Below, piece by piece: positions 10,448 through 20,600 of a DNA stretch of 64,000 bases. Position 1 is the first letter of the stretch, and the number at the start of each line of letters is the position of its first letter. Source of the DNA: Hydrurus foetidus (Eukaryota); assembly GCA_900617105.1 (NCBI GenBank), contig UYFQ01000473.1, positions 1 through 64,000 of the forward strand, read 5' to 3'. Made by a program: the position numbers and the translations under genes. The notes beneath the pieces are model-generated. The model was given only the letters and a program-made list of their open reading frames with translations, did no database searches and was not told where the DNA came from.

Positions 10448-11545
10448 TTAATTAGCAAAATATCGGTGAATTCTGTCGTAATTATCTAAGTGGATGTACT
10501 GCTGATAATGACGATTAAAAACCATTTCAGTTCTGTAATTATGTAACAGTACGACACTCAGAATAATTCTTTCTCTCTTTTTCAAGTTCGAAGTCATCCG
10601 ACTTTTGAGCCGTGAAAATGTACCTTGAAGGGCTCGCATCCCCCACTCAGATGCTTGACGTAGTGATATGTATTTCTCATGCTGTGGTATTATGTACTCG
10701 CGAGCTTCAGGTGTAAGCTTCCTCTTCACTCGTTTCGGTAGTGGACCAACGAACCTATCGTACAAATCGCCACTTCTTGGAAAGCCTTGATCGACGCAGA
10801 GAGCGTACGTCCCAATCTTTGAGATGACCAATCTTATGAATTGCAACGCAACAGTGCTGTCGTGCCATGATCCCGGAAAGTTGATAGCAGCATAAATTAC
10901 TTTGCCTTCTGGAGAGAAAGCAAAAACGTTGTTGCACATGGTATCATGTGAATATCCACAGTATGCTGCCCTCTGTAGAAGCTCATCGTCCGAACACTGA
11001 ACTGGTACGCTCACTCCATCAACGAATCCGATAACGTTCTTAATAAGCGGTTCTCGACGCTCTACCATCCTAGCGAATTTAGCCATCTTTTCTTGAGTAG
11101 GAAATACTATTTGTGAAGCAGGATGACGTCTCAGCCGACGGCACACTTGATCCATGACTTTGTTTATCGTCACCTCCGCTGTAGTTGGAACAATCCCAAA
11201 AATCAAGCATAAATGCTTCGTCTTCATTTGAGATCCAAGGTAGAGAAGATATAAACCGAGGTCACCATTATCATCTAACGATCTTGGACGACCGTAACGC
11301 GCTATTCTAGGCGGAAAAACAGCTTCCCTGAGGCTGACGAATGCGGCTCTAGTAAATCCTGTCATCTCGAGAAAAGAAGAATCATCCCCAAAGTTGAAGA
11401 GTCGGTTCCAAGGGCTCATCGCTGGCTGAAGAATTGCTGGTCTGGTCAGCTTTGACCTATTTCTCAAGGAGTTGTAGTACATCACTCCAGCAAAAATAAA
11501 CAGAAGAAGAAGAAGATCATCGTCTTCCTCATCATCGTCAGCCAT
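10448..11545 (-). CDS. Harbinger-type DDE transposase (DDE_Tnp_4/HARBI1-like)
   Basis: GFVDG, PGSWHDS, VDQGF, RQASEWG and LHNYR motifs. Confidence 0.93.
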   Translation of the reverse strand: MADDDEEDDDLLLLLFIFAGVMYYNSLRNRSKLTRPAILQPAMSPWNRLFNFGDDSSFLEMTGFTRAAFVSLREAVFPPRIARYGRPRSLDDNGDLGLYLLYLGSQMKTKHLCLIFGIVPTTAEVTINKVMDQVCRRLRRHPASQIVFPTQEKMAKFARMVERREPLIKNVIGFVDGVSVPVQCSDDELLQRAAYCGYSHDTMCNNVFAFSPEGKVIYAAINFPGSWHDSTVALQFIRLVISKIGTYALCVDQGFPRSGDLYDRFVGPLPKRVKRKLTPEAREYIIPQHEKYISLRQASEWGMRALQGTFSRLKSRMTSNLKKRERIILSVVLLHNYRTEMVFNRHYQQYIHLDNYDRIHRYFAN

Positions 11546-11924
11546 GGTGTCCGATTCCTTTGATTAGCAGCAAGATTTCAAGAATATGAAGTCGAGTTTG
11601 CTATGTAGGTAACTCTAGAATTCTATCGAGAGTTTAGACGAGGGGGGGGGGGGGGTCGTCTAGATTTCTTCCAACATCCTAGATTTTGAGATCTGTGCGT
11701 CGTTTATGAGAGCTAGATCTTTGCCATTTTATGTTTTCAAGCATTTACGGGGTCACCCAGTGTGTTAGAAAAGGTTCTTTGAAATATGCATATTTGGCCA
11801 TTTTTGGCCAAAACCGGAGTACAAAAAAAGAGGCACTGGACGGTAGTGTCGGAGACGGTACGTACAGTATACAGTCTACGGTACCAGTATCAACCGTAAA
11901 CTGCAAACTGATTCTCTTTCTAAT

Positions 11925-12251
11925 TGTTGGGACTTTCGGCTAATCCGGTGGATATAGCAACTCCGCGTAACTCGTGACTTGGACCCAAGACTCGTGAAAT
12001 AAGACTGTATGTTTAATCACTTGATAATTAAACTTGTGTCGCTGTCTCCACACGACGGCAACACAGTCCTTTACAATCATCAAGATCGAATCACACATCA
12101 GTCAATGCACAGTATCTTGAACGGACAAAGTCCGAGAAGACTATACAGCCAACGGGGTCCCGGCCACTACCCCAAGGGTACACGCCGCTGTCCGTCGGGA
12201 TCCACGCACACACACACAACTACTACAGTGTCTTTTCCCGATACTCCAACA
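11925..12251 (-). repeat. 3' LTR of copia 2
   Basis: Appears identical to 17188-17514. Confidence 0.96.
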
Positions 12252-12396
12252 CACCCAACAGGCACACAGTAGTTCAGCATGATTTTATGCAAGAGATTCA
12301 ATAGCAGAAACAGAATGAATTGATTTGCACAGCAGACACACTCATGTGAATTGATTTGCATAACAGTTAAAATTAATAGCATGATAAAGTTTCGTT

Positions 12397-14391
12397 TTAA
12401 ATCTTCTCCGCGCGACTGGTCCATCCTGTGAGCGCGTCTCTCTCTCTGATGAATTGGGCTCCCTGGAGCGGCTTGGTGAGCACGTTTGCGTACATGTCCT
12501 CCGTGCGCAGGTACTCGATCCTCGCCTCGCCCGTGTCCACTCTCTCCTTCACCCAGAAATAGCGGATTTGGATGTGTCTTGTACGCTCCGCCGCCGAGCG
12601 TCCACGTCCAATGAGTGCCATGCACGACTGGTTGTCCTGCAGGATGGTGACCGGCGGCATTCCATATCCCTGTGAAATGAGAAAGTTACGAATGAAAATC
12701 CCCTGGTTCGCAGAGTCTGATAGGCCCACGAGCTCCGCCTCCGTGCTCGACTTCGTCACTATGAGCTGCTTGCTCGACCTGCAGTGAACCGCTCCTACAT
12801 CTCCGATGACGATGCAGCTTCCAGTGTGAGACTTCGCATCATGGTGGACACCGTAAGATGCGTCCACAAATAACTTTACAGTGATACCGGCCAGACCCGG
12901 CATAAGTACCACGCCGCTGTCCCGTGTCCCGGCGATGTATCGTATGAGGCGCTGGAGCTTGTCCACGTCGTCGGTGGTGCATTTGGTCACCCGAGTGGAC
13001 AGGTAAGATACCGCAGTGAGGCATTCCGGCTTAGTGCGTTTTGCCAGATAGAGCACCATCGCGACGATCTTGTGGAACCATACTCGGGTGGGCTCCGCTA
13101 CTAACTCTGCATTCTCTCTGTACTCGAACAGTCCGTCGGTTGCGGGTGATCTGGCTGTACCGCGCACCCCGGATGTGGACACGACCTCATCAGTGTATCC
13201 TCGCATGGTGATCTCCGCGCGACCTGGTGAGGATAAATTTACGGACATACCAAGGTAGTTCACAACAGGTCCGAGTGCGAGTGTTATCGCACCGTACTTA
13301 CTCCGCAGCCCATCGACTATGTGAGTCAACGCCGCCTTGTTCTTGCACATGACGAGGAGGTCGTCTACATGCACTGCTGCAGTGCACTGTGATCCGTCTG
13401 ACCAGACTCGGTTGAACACGCACTGATCACATCCGTTCCTCACATACCCGAGAGAGCTCATAGTTGTCTTCAAATCATCATACCATAGGCCCGCACTCTC
13501 CACACACCCATATAGAGCCTTCTTGAGGCGCACGACGGTGCCACCTCCCTTATCCGCGTACTTCTTGTACCTACCGTCGATGTCTGTGATGAAATCGGAC
13601 ATCGTACGGTCAAGTCGCATGTGCACCGGCACACCCTTCCTCATGTCAGCATTCAAAAATGCCCCCGTGATATCCACCACAGCTACATGACGATGTTCAT
13701 GTGCTGCCACTGCTAGCAAAGTGAACACTGCGCTGGTTGACACCGTCGGTGAGGATAAGTCGTCATACAGTCCCTTGTCTTGCTGGTCCCCCCCAGCTAC
13801 CAGTCGTGCCTTGAGCTTATGAAAGCTCCCGTCTGGATGATTCTTCCTCTTGAGAAACATGGATGATCGTATAATCGCTGATCGCTGTAATGCTGTGAGC
13901 ACTGCTCCTGACACCGGTACCCATACCTTCTTGTCTAGCATTTGCTTCAACTCATGAATGATCACCCTACTCGCTTCATCACCCCTAGTTCGTAGCGCCT
14001 CCTTCACGCTGATGTTGGCTGTGTCGCTGTTAGCGAGCTCTGCTCGGTGCCGTTTGAGCACCTCCTCGATGCTGTGCAGTATGGCTGTCGGCCCGGTCGC
14101 GGTTGTACGTACACTCCGGTTGGCGGTAACGAACGCCCCCTCTCCAGTCCGGAAGAACTCGATGACTCGCGGTGGTGGTGGTGGTGGGGTGTGCAATGCC
14201 AGTGCGATCTCCTGCTCAGTCACTGGGTCCTCAGCCGGTGATGATGATGGTTGTGCTACGTCAGTTGGTATCGCGATCACACCCGGTTCCCCTTGGGGGA
14301 TGTGCGGTGATGCGAGTATCGATGGAGGGTAGTCGGTGTCATCCGGTTGAGGCAGTTGAGACTCCATAATACCAAGTCCCACAGGTCCCAC
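12397..14391 (-). CDS. pol: RT-RNase H of copia 2
   Basis: KARLVAGG, DITGAFL, KKALYG, HVDD (13360-13371), VDASYG, KSSTEAEL, QDNQS, LTKPL; joined to the upstream ORF by a frameshift at a G10 run (14397-14406). Confidence 0.95.
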   Translation of the reverse strand: MGPVGLGIMESQLPQPDDTDYPPSILASPHIPQGEPGVIAIPTDVAQPSSSPAEDPVTEQEIALALHTPPPPPPRVIEFFRTGEGAFVTANRSVRTTATGPTAILHSIEEVLKRHRAELANSDTANISVKEALRTRGDEASRVIIHELKQMLDKKVWVPVSGAVLTALQRSAIIRSSMFLKRKNHPDGSFHKLKARLVAGGDQQDKGLYDDLSSPTVSTSAVFTLLAVAAHEHRHVAVVDITGAFLNADMRKGVPVHMRLDRTMSDFITDIDGRYKKYADKGGGTVVRLKKALYGCVESAGLWYDDLKTTMSSLGYVRNGCDQCVFNRVWSDGSQCTAAVHVDDLLVMCKNKAALTHIVDGLRSKYGAITLALGPVVNYLGMSVNLSSPGRAEITMRGYTDEVVSTSGVRGTARSPATDGLFEYRENAELVAEPTRVWFHKIVAMVLYLAKRTKPECLTAVSYLSTRVTKCTTDDVDKLQRLIRYIAGTRDSGVVLMPGLAGITVKLFVDASYGVHHDAKSHTGSCIVIGDVGAVHCRSSKQLIVTKSSTEAELVGLSDSANQGIFIRNFLISQGYGMPPVTILQDNQSCMALIGRGRSAAERTRHIQIRYFWVKERVDTGEARIEYLRTEDMYANVLTKPLQGAQFIRERDALTGWTSRAEKI

Positions 14392-16184
14392 AGGTACCCC
14401 CCCCCCACTACGTATTGTGAGAGCTCGATGACGCTGTCTGCTCTAGGAAGATCTGCTATGACCGGTTGAGGTTGAGGTCCACTAGGTTGATTTTCCATCT
14501 CGCTATTGACAACACCATCCTGAGTGGGGGGGTTGGTAATGAAGAGTGGCATGTTAGATTTGTCGACACTATTGGCAAATAACAGCTCATCAAACACATG
14601 TGTTTTAGTTTTAGTTATTTTCTTCCCTTCTCGAATGGCCCAGGAGTTCAACGTCTGAATGACGGACTGGGGCATGGGTAAGATTTTGAACTGGTCCCGT
14701 GTCACAATTTTGCCAGATGTAAGCGATAGCATTTTGAATGATCCAGTCCGGTTGTGAGTGGGAAGCATCACAATGCAGTCTTCGGTGCGAGATTCCATCG
14801 TGTTATTGGTGTTGGGAACGGTGCATACGGCATAGTCTCCGAACGCCGCACGAAAGTCCAGGGTCCCGTCAACCCTCCGTCCAGAAAAAAGTTCTCGCGG
14901 CGAGAGACCCCCGGGCCGCGATCCTGATTGTTGACAGTTGATACGAGAGACACAGTATAAGGCAAGCATAGTGTTACCCAAGTCAGTCAGCGTAAATGGA
15001 AGTCGTCCGCAGATGTGTGCTCGACACCGTTCTTTAACCATTTGGATTCTACGCTCGATTCTGGCAACATGCCCGCCAGCTGCGCTGATATCAACCTCGA
15101 TCCCAGCAGCCATGAGATTAGGCACGATTTTTCCTATAGCACCTTCCCCGTCGCTCATGATAACTCGGACTGAAAAGTTCCTAGAAGCTAGGGTACGTAT
15201 CATATCATCTAGCGCACCCTTCACCACTGGCGTTGATCGTGAGGTTTTCGAGATATCTAGTCGTATGAGGCTGCTGGCGAGGGTCAAGTCCAGAGGGGTA
15301 GATACGCCAATAAGTACCGCTGTGTTATCGATGAAGGCAATGTCTACACTTAAGACTTGCTCCACTTGTACTAGCGCAGGTGTTAGCGAGACGTCCGACA
15401 CCGCCGTCTTCATTTTATGCGTTTTGCCTTTCAGGCTGGCAAGACATTTCCCCCATATGGAATGAGCCACTCTGAAATCGTTTTCTGAGACGTTGAAATT
15501 GTTCCCTCCACGCACCATGGCGATGGCCATCTCTACTGGAGGGTATCCCATCCTCGCAAGCAACTCTCTAGCTCTTGCTGCTGATGCTATCTCGCGTTTT
15601 GTGTACCTCATCATGTTGTCGCTAACTGTGTTGACTAGCACCATTTCTTCTCGATGTTTCGTCGGGACTCGCTTGACCATGGTGTCTACGTCGCACACGT
15701 AGAACCGGCCGTCTGATCCTGTGACAGGTTGTCTACAGAAGCTGTAGATGTTGCTGCTTCCCCTGGGCTGCAAAGTGAACCGTCCGGCTTGTTGCTCGTA
15801 CTGAATCTTGGCACCCCTATCGACCATGGCGGCAAAGGACAAGATGTTCGCTGTCGCTCCACGACTGAAATAGACAGGGCCGACTTCCCCAAAGTCTCCC
15901 TCCAGGTCGACTCGAACTGACTTGACGCCGGCCTGGACTCCGTTGAGAAATATCCCCTGCTTCGACCTCCGGATGTCGGTGAGAAGCCCCCCATTGCAGA
16001 AGACATTTACTGATGCCTGGTTGTCCAAAACAACGTGACTCCTTACAACGAAAGCCGTCTCTACGGTTCTGTCGTCGTCGTCTGGTTCTTCTTGAACCTC
16101 TGCGACAAGGGCTTGCTCGTCGCTCTTTCGATTCTCACAATCGCGAGCATAGTGTCCCGCCAATCCGCAGACAAAGCAAATCAC
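14277..16184 (-). CDS. pol: Nucleocapsid-protease-integrase of copia 2
   Basis: CCHC knuckle CFVCGLAGHYARDC; protease VLDNQAS; integrase LSVDIAF, IMSDGEG, IERRI. Confidence 0.92.
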   Translation of the reverse strand: MICFVCGLAGHYARDCENRKSDEQALVAEVQEEPDDDDRTVETAFVVRSHVVLDNQASVNVFCNGGLLTDIRRSKQGIFLNGVQAGVKSVRVDLEGDFGEVGPVYFSRGATANILSFAAMVDRGAKIQYEQQAGRFTLQPRGSSNIYSFCRQPVTGSDGRFYVCDVDTMVKRVPTKHREEMVLVNTVSDNMMRYTKREIASAARARELLARMGYPPVEMAIAMVRGGNNFNVSENDFRVAHSIWGKCLASLKGKTHKMKTAVSDVSLTPALVQVEQVLSVDIAFIDNTAVLIGVSTPLDLTLASSLIRLDISKTSRSTPVVKGALDDMIRTLASRNFSVRVIMSDGEGAIGKIVPNLMAAGIEVDISAAGGHVARIERRIQMVKERCRAHICGRLPFTLTDLGNTMLALYCVSRINCQQSGSRPGGLSPRELFSGRRVDGTLDFRAAFGDYAVCTVPNTNNTMESRTEDCIVMLPTHNRTGSFKMLSLTSGKIVTRDQFKILPMPQSVIQTLNSWAIREGKKITKTKTHVFDELLFANSVDKSNMPLFITNPPTQDGVVNSEMENQPSGPQPQPVIADLPRADSVIELSQYVVGGGYLWDLWDLVLWSLNCLNRMTPTTLHRYSHHRTSPKGNRV

Positions 16185-17162
16185 TGACGATGGTTTTTTC
16201 TTCGTCGTTGCAGTCTTGCCACTGCCCTTCTTTCCGTGACCTTTTCATTTCGTAGGTATTGCCAAATTGGTCAAAAACGCGGAATGTTGCTCAGCGCCAA
16301 GGGGGACTGCTCCGTTCGCGTTCGTCGATGACGATGCAATCCTGTATGCTCCGGCTCAGGTGGAAGGGTAGCTATGCGGGAGGTTTTGTACAGCATTGTT
16401 ACGCATTACAGTGAGCATACATGTATACCTTTTCGGGTCAAGTTTGCTCAGGAAATCGATTGCCCTAATCGACTCTTCCACGGGTTCCATACCAACACCC
16501 TTATTGGCTGACACTTGATTGTCAAATCTGGTCTTGAATTCGCCTATTAGCTCTCGGTCACCCTGACGAAGGTAGTTGTACCTGAGCGTCTGCTCATGAA
16601 CGTTCACCGCACGCATCGAGTCGTCTTCTCCGTACACGTGCGTGAGGTGACTGCGTTTGATGAACTGCCATAGCCTCACACTATCGAGTTGCATCCTTGC
16701 GGCCTCGAACCCAGGTTCCTCGCGCACCTTAGATTGTGACCCAGCTGACATCCTATCCCATATCATTGGAAACAGCTTTTGCTCATCGACCTTTTGAGCT
16801 TCGACAAGCTTTCTCCGTCCTTCGAACGCATTGGCCCTCAGTTTCGCGAGGAATGCGGGTGGATACACCACAGGTACGACTGCGGGTACAGGGTCCACCT
16901 CTTCATCTTCACCTTCCGCCTCATCGTCAGTGTCGACATCATCTGCTCCAGGTGGTGGAGCACTCGGGTTGTAGTCCACCTCGCGTGGATACGGTATGAA
17001 GTGGCTCACGTCGGTGCTGAAGAACATGCCTGTCATGCCATACAGCGCGCATGCATCGTTTTGCATCTCTTCCATCCATTGCACCACGTTGTTGCCTCGT
17101 CCTATCTTCAGGATGCAAGGCTCTCTTGCAGACTTGAGGACTTCTTGTTTCTTCGGCGGCAT
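16185..17162 (-). pseudogene. gag: Gag of copia 2, interrupted by two in-frame TGA codons
   Basis: ATG 17162; capsid-like LRQG...EFKTRF; TGA at 16356-16358 and 16245-16247; same frame as the 14277-16184 ORF. Confidence 0.85.
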
Positions 17163-17187
17163 CTCGATGCGCTGATCAGTTTAATTA

Positions 17188-17514
17188 TGTTGGGACTTTC
17201 GGCTAATCCGGTGGATATAGCAACTCCGCGTAACTCGTGACTTGGACCCAAGACTCGTGAAATAAGACTGTATGTTTAATCACTTGATAATTAAACTTGT
17301 GTCGCTGTCTCCACACGACGGCAACACAGTCCTTTACAATCATCAAGATCGAATCACACATCAGTCAATGCACAGTATCTTGAACGGACAAAGTCCGAGA
17401 AGACTATACAGCCAACGGGGTCCCGGCCACTACCCCAAGGGTACACGCCGCTGTCCGTCGGGATCCACGCACACACACACAACTACTACAGTGTCTTTTC
17501 CCGATACTCCAACA
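17188..17514 (-). repeat. 5' LTR of copia 2
   Basis: Appears identical to 11925-12251; Gag ATG lies 25 nt downstream. Confidence 0.96.
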
Positions 17515-17663
17515 CTAATGAGTACCTATTGTGATGTGGTCTATTTCTTCATGTGGAAGCGTATTTTAAGCATTTGGGAATAAAGTTAATACTATGTCAA
17601 TCCTGTGACCCAACATCAGCAACAGCTGCTGACATCTACGGCATTGGCAGAGAGTTATACATC

Positions 17664-20600
17664 ATGTCGAAGCCATTATTGCAGGTTTTGAATGAACAAG
17701 TCACGCTTCAGCCAAACGAGAAAGTTTGGACATTTCTCGATGATAGGGGAGAAATATCCGACTCTTACACATACAAGGTTACGATAATTAAGCTTGCAGA
17801 AGAAATTGCGCACAACTTCACTCTGACAATCTACGAACACTATTGCCCTTTGATGTCACCGAGTAGGAGCTGGACAGAACTGCATCATCGCTGGCTTCTT
17901 TTCTCCTTAACTCATGCAAACTTAAAGCAGGGGATCGCGCTCTACTCGTCTTCTTCCCTGGACTAAGTTTCATGGCATCATTGATTGCATGTTTCAAAGC
18001 TGGAATAATAGCAATTCCTGTATTTCCTCCGGATCCTCGAAGGTTACAAAAAGATCTGCACCATTTCATCAGCATTCAAAATAGTTCAGGAGCTGCTGTC
18101 GTGCTGACGCATGGGCTGTACAATTTCGCGAAGAAAGTCTCTGATATTCAGAGCGTGTTTAAATCTAAGAGCCTAAAGTGGCCAGAATTACGTTGGATAA
18201 CAGTGGATGATGTTTTATCCCGCGGAAAGGAAAAAGCAGCATCAGGCGACTCAGGGCCTGCATTACCACCTCCTCCAAAGCGTGATGATATAGCTTTCCT
18301 TCAATACACATCAGGGTCTACATCTGAGCCCAAAGGTGTGATGATTTCTCACGGGAACCTGGGACATAATTTAACCTTGATTATCAAAGAGCTGAAGGCA
18401 GATAAAACTACTGTTAACGTCTCTTGGCTTCCTCAATATCATGATATGGGACTTATCGGTAAGGAAAGAGACATGGAAAGAGACATGGCAGCTCATTGCA
18501 ACTCACGAATGGTTTGCTGATGAGCTGTTCTGTTCCATATATTTCCTGACTATGTTTGTCATGTGATTGCCGTTATCGAAATCCAGCTGCGTCATACTGT
18601 CGATGGGCTTGTTATTCTTTGAATAATTCACTAAAACGTCATGATCAAAAATTTGGACGTGTGATTGAAACACTAAAATCATTCGATAGCCTAAATCTCT
18701 GCAACACTGCTTCGTATCGTAGTCAGTGTTTGATAAACTGCACTTAATGAATTCCCAACTGTCTTTGTGACACAAGCATCTAGTGTGTTTACTTCAATGA
18801 ATTCATCTGTTCACCCATAATCAGGCTCTTACTTGGGTGCGCTTTACTGCGGGGGGAAGGGGTACTATCTGTCCCCAATATCGTTCTTAAAAGACCCCAA
18901 TGTGTGGCTGAAATCTATTTCGAGGTTTAAAGGGACACACACACAGGTGGGATATAGCTGCTACAATATTCTCTGTAAAAATCGACATTAATAGAAAATC
19001 CCCCGCACTTCAGCAGTAGCATACGGTATACTCAACTTCTGTGATTTTTTCTATGAGTTCTCATCCTATTTATAATCCAACTTCACCATTGAAATTTAGG
19101 CACCTAATTTCGCATACGCACTAGCTTCCCGTAAATTTAAATCAGCGGTGAAGGATGGGAGCATGAAAAAAAACCAATTATCAGAGTTTAATTTGAAGAG
19201 TGTTGTGCACATGATCAATGCGGCCGAACCAGTGGATCAAATCGCGATCGCTAACTTTTACGAAACATTCCGGCCATACGGTCTAAGTTCTGGTGTGGTT
19301 ATACCGACTTACGGTCTAGCAGAACACACCGTATTTGTGTGTTCAGGTGGGTCCACGATCCTTACACTTGCTAAGAGTGCATTCGATAACAATATCGTGG
19401 AGATATTGAGCAGTGCTGTTCTGGGCGAATCAGGGGCAACTAATGGCGCAGCCAATGCTAGCAGTGTAAGAGCTACCACAGTTAAATCCAAGGACTCGGA
19501 ATGTGAGCAGATTATAGTGGGGTGTGGATTTCCCTCCAGGGGGGAGGGAGTGCTTCTCGCGATTGTCGATCCTGACACGCGCAAAGATTTGGGAGAAAAT
19601 AAGGTGACAAATGTGGTAACTTTTTCATCATCTCAGCGTGATTCAGTCTCTATGGATAGTGAACTTTGTAACTTGTTTTTCTTTGCCGCAACAAAGCTAT
19701 TCCTATATTTTTTTTTATCAAAATCACTTCTTTATGTATATTTTCACTTCACCTCACTTCATTCCCCTGGTATCTAGTAAACATAAGTCGTCAGCCCAAC
19801 ATGATACCATGTTATCACAGATCGGTGAGATTTGGGTTTCCTCACCTTCTAAGGCGTGTGGATACTGGAACTTACCGGACCTTACGGCTCAAGATTTTCA
19901 CGCCAAAATAGGTGACGATTGTAATGTGATCTCTCATCACACGTACGTACTCATGATATTGTGTCCATTGACATCATATTCTTATTTGTTTTTATCTTCA
20001 ATATCACCATCATCATCTGTAGAGACAGAAGCGACTCGTTCCTCCTCATCAGGCGCAGAAAAGGAATACCTCTCAACAGGTGACCTCGGATTCCTACACA
20101 AAGGAGAACTCTATATATGCGGACGCAGCAAAGATCTGATTATTGTCAGGGGCAGCAACCATTACCCACAAGACATAGAGCGCACTGCTGAGAAGTCGGA
20201 GCCGTCGCTTAGGGCGGGTTGCTCAGCTGCCTTTTCAGTGCCGCATGCAGAGGGACACACAGAGGCGGTGGTCTATGTCGCAGAGGTGACCCCTCCACCC
20301 ACCCTTTCTCTAGTGTCCCTTCCGCCCTCCCTAAGCACACGCACTCAAACTCACACAAATGCAGACATATACATACACATACATACCATTCCTCTAGTAT
20401 CGTTCCGCTTCCTTGCACTGTACAGCATACTTTGCTTTGAGGATCCTCTGCCGTCATCAGCTGTTCCGTAGATGTATTCCCGTACTCCACGAATCAATGT
20501 ATGTAATCATGTATATTATTGTATTATATAGGTGTTGGACACTATACAAGCGTCACCAAAGATATTGGAAGATATCGCTAAGAACTGTCGAAGATGCGTG

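Larger units (their letters stand above)
9295..11758. mobile_element. PIF/Harbinger-superfamily (PHIS) DNA transposon with two genes
   Basis: 15-bp TIRs GGGTGACCCCG(G/T)AAA; 3-bp TSD AGT at 9292-9294 and 11759-11761; DDE transposase plus Myb-like ORF. Confidence 0.92.
8895..11843. mobile_element. MITE-like element (~0.49 kb without insert), probably Tc1/mariner-type, interrupted by the Harbinger-type element
   Basis: TIRs CCGTCCAGTGCCTCTTTTCTTGTA (8895-8918) and TACAAAAAAAGAGGCACTGGACGG (11820-11843), 1 mismatch in 24; both ends flanked by TA. Confidence 0.7.
11925..17514 (-). mobile_element. Ty1/copia LTR retrotransposon 2, CoDi-like, very recent insertion
   Basis: 327-bp LTRs 11925-12251 and 17188-17514 (TGTTGG...CCAACA) with no mismatch seen; TSD CTAAT at 11920-11924 and 17515-17519; order Gag-PR-IN-RT-RH. 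Confidence 0.98.

Noticed and set aside
11844..11848. CACTA transposon end (TAGTG)
   Set aside because: The partner inverted repeat at 8893 is preceded by CGT, not CAC; a TA-flanked MITE fits both ends better.
2318..14406. Programmed frameshifting at about 2320, 4685 and 14400
   Set aside because: All three fall in C or G homopolymer runs, one inside the integrase core; slippage or assembly error is more parsimonious.
4262..16358. Genome-wide UGA reassignment or selenocysteine to explain in-frame TGAs in both copia elements
   Set aside because: Host genes here (DPAGT1, TRAPPC11, APC5, PDK) end in TGA, their long exons lack internal TGAs, and no SECIS was identified.
12009..17583. Duplicated ~80-aa ORFs starting at 12009 and 17272
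   Set aside because: Antisense frames within the two LTR copies that diverge at the LTR edge.
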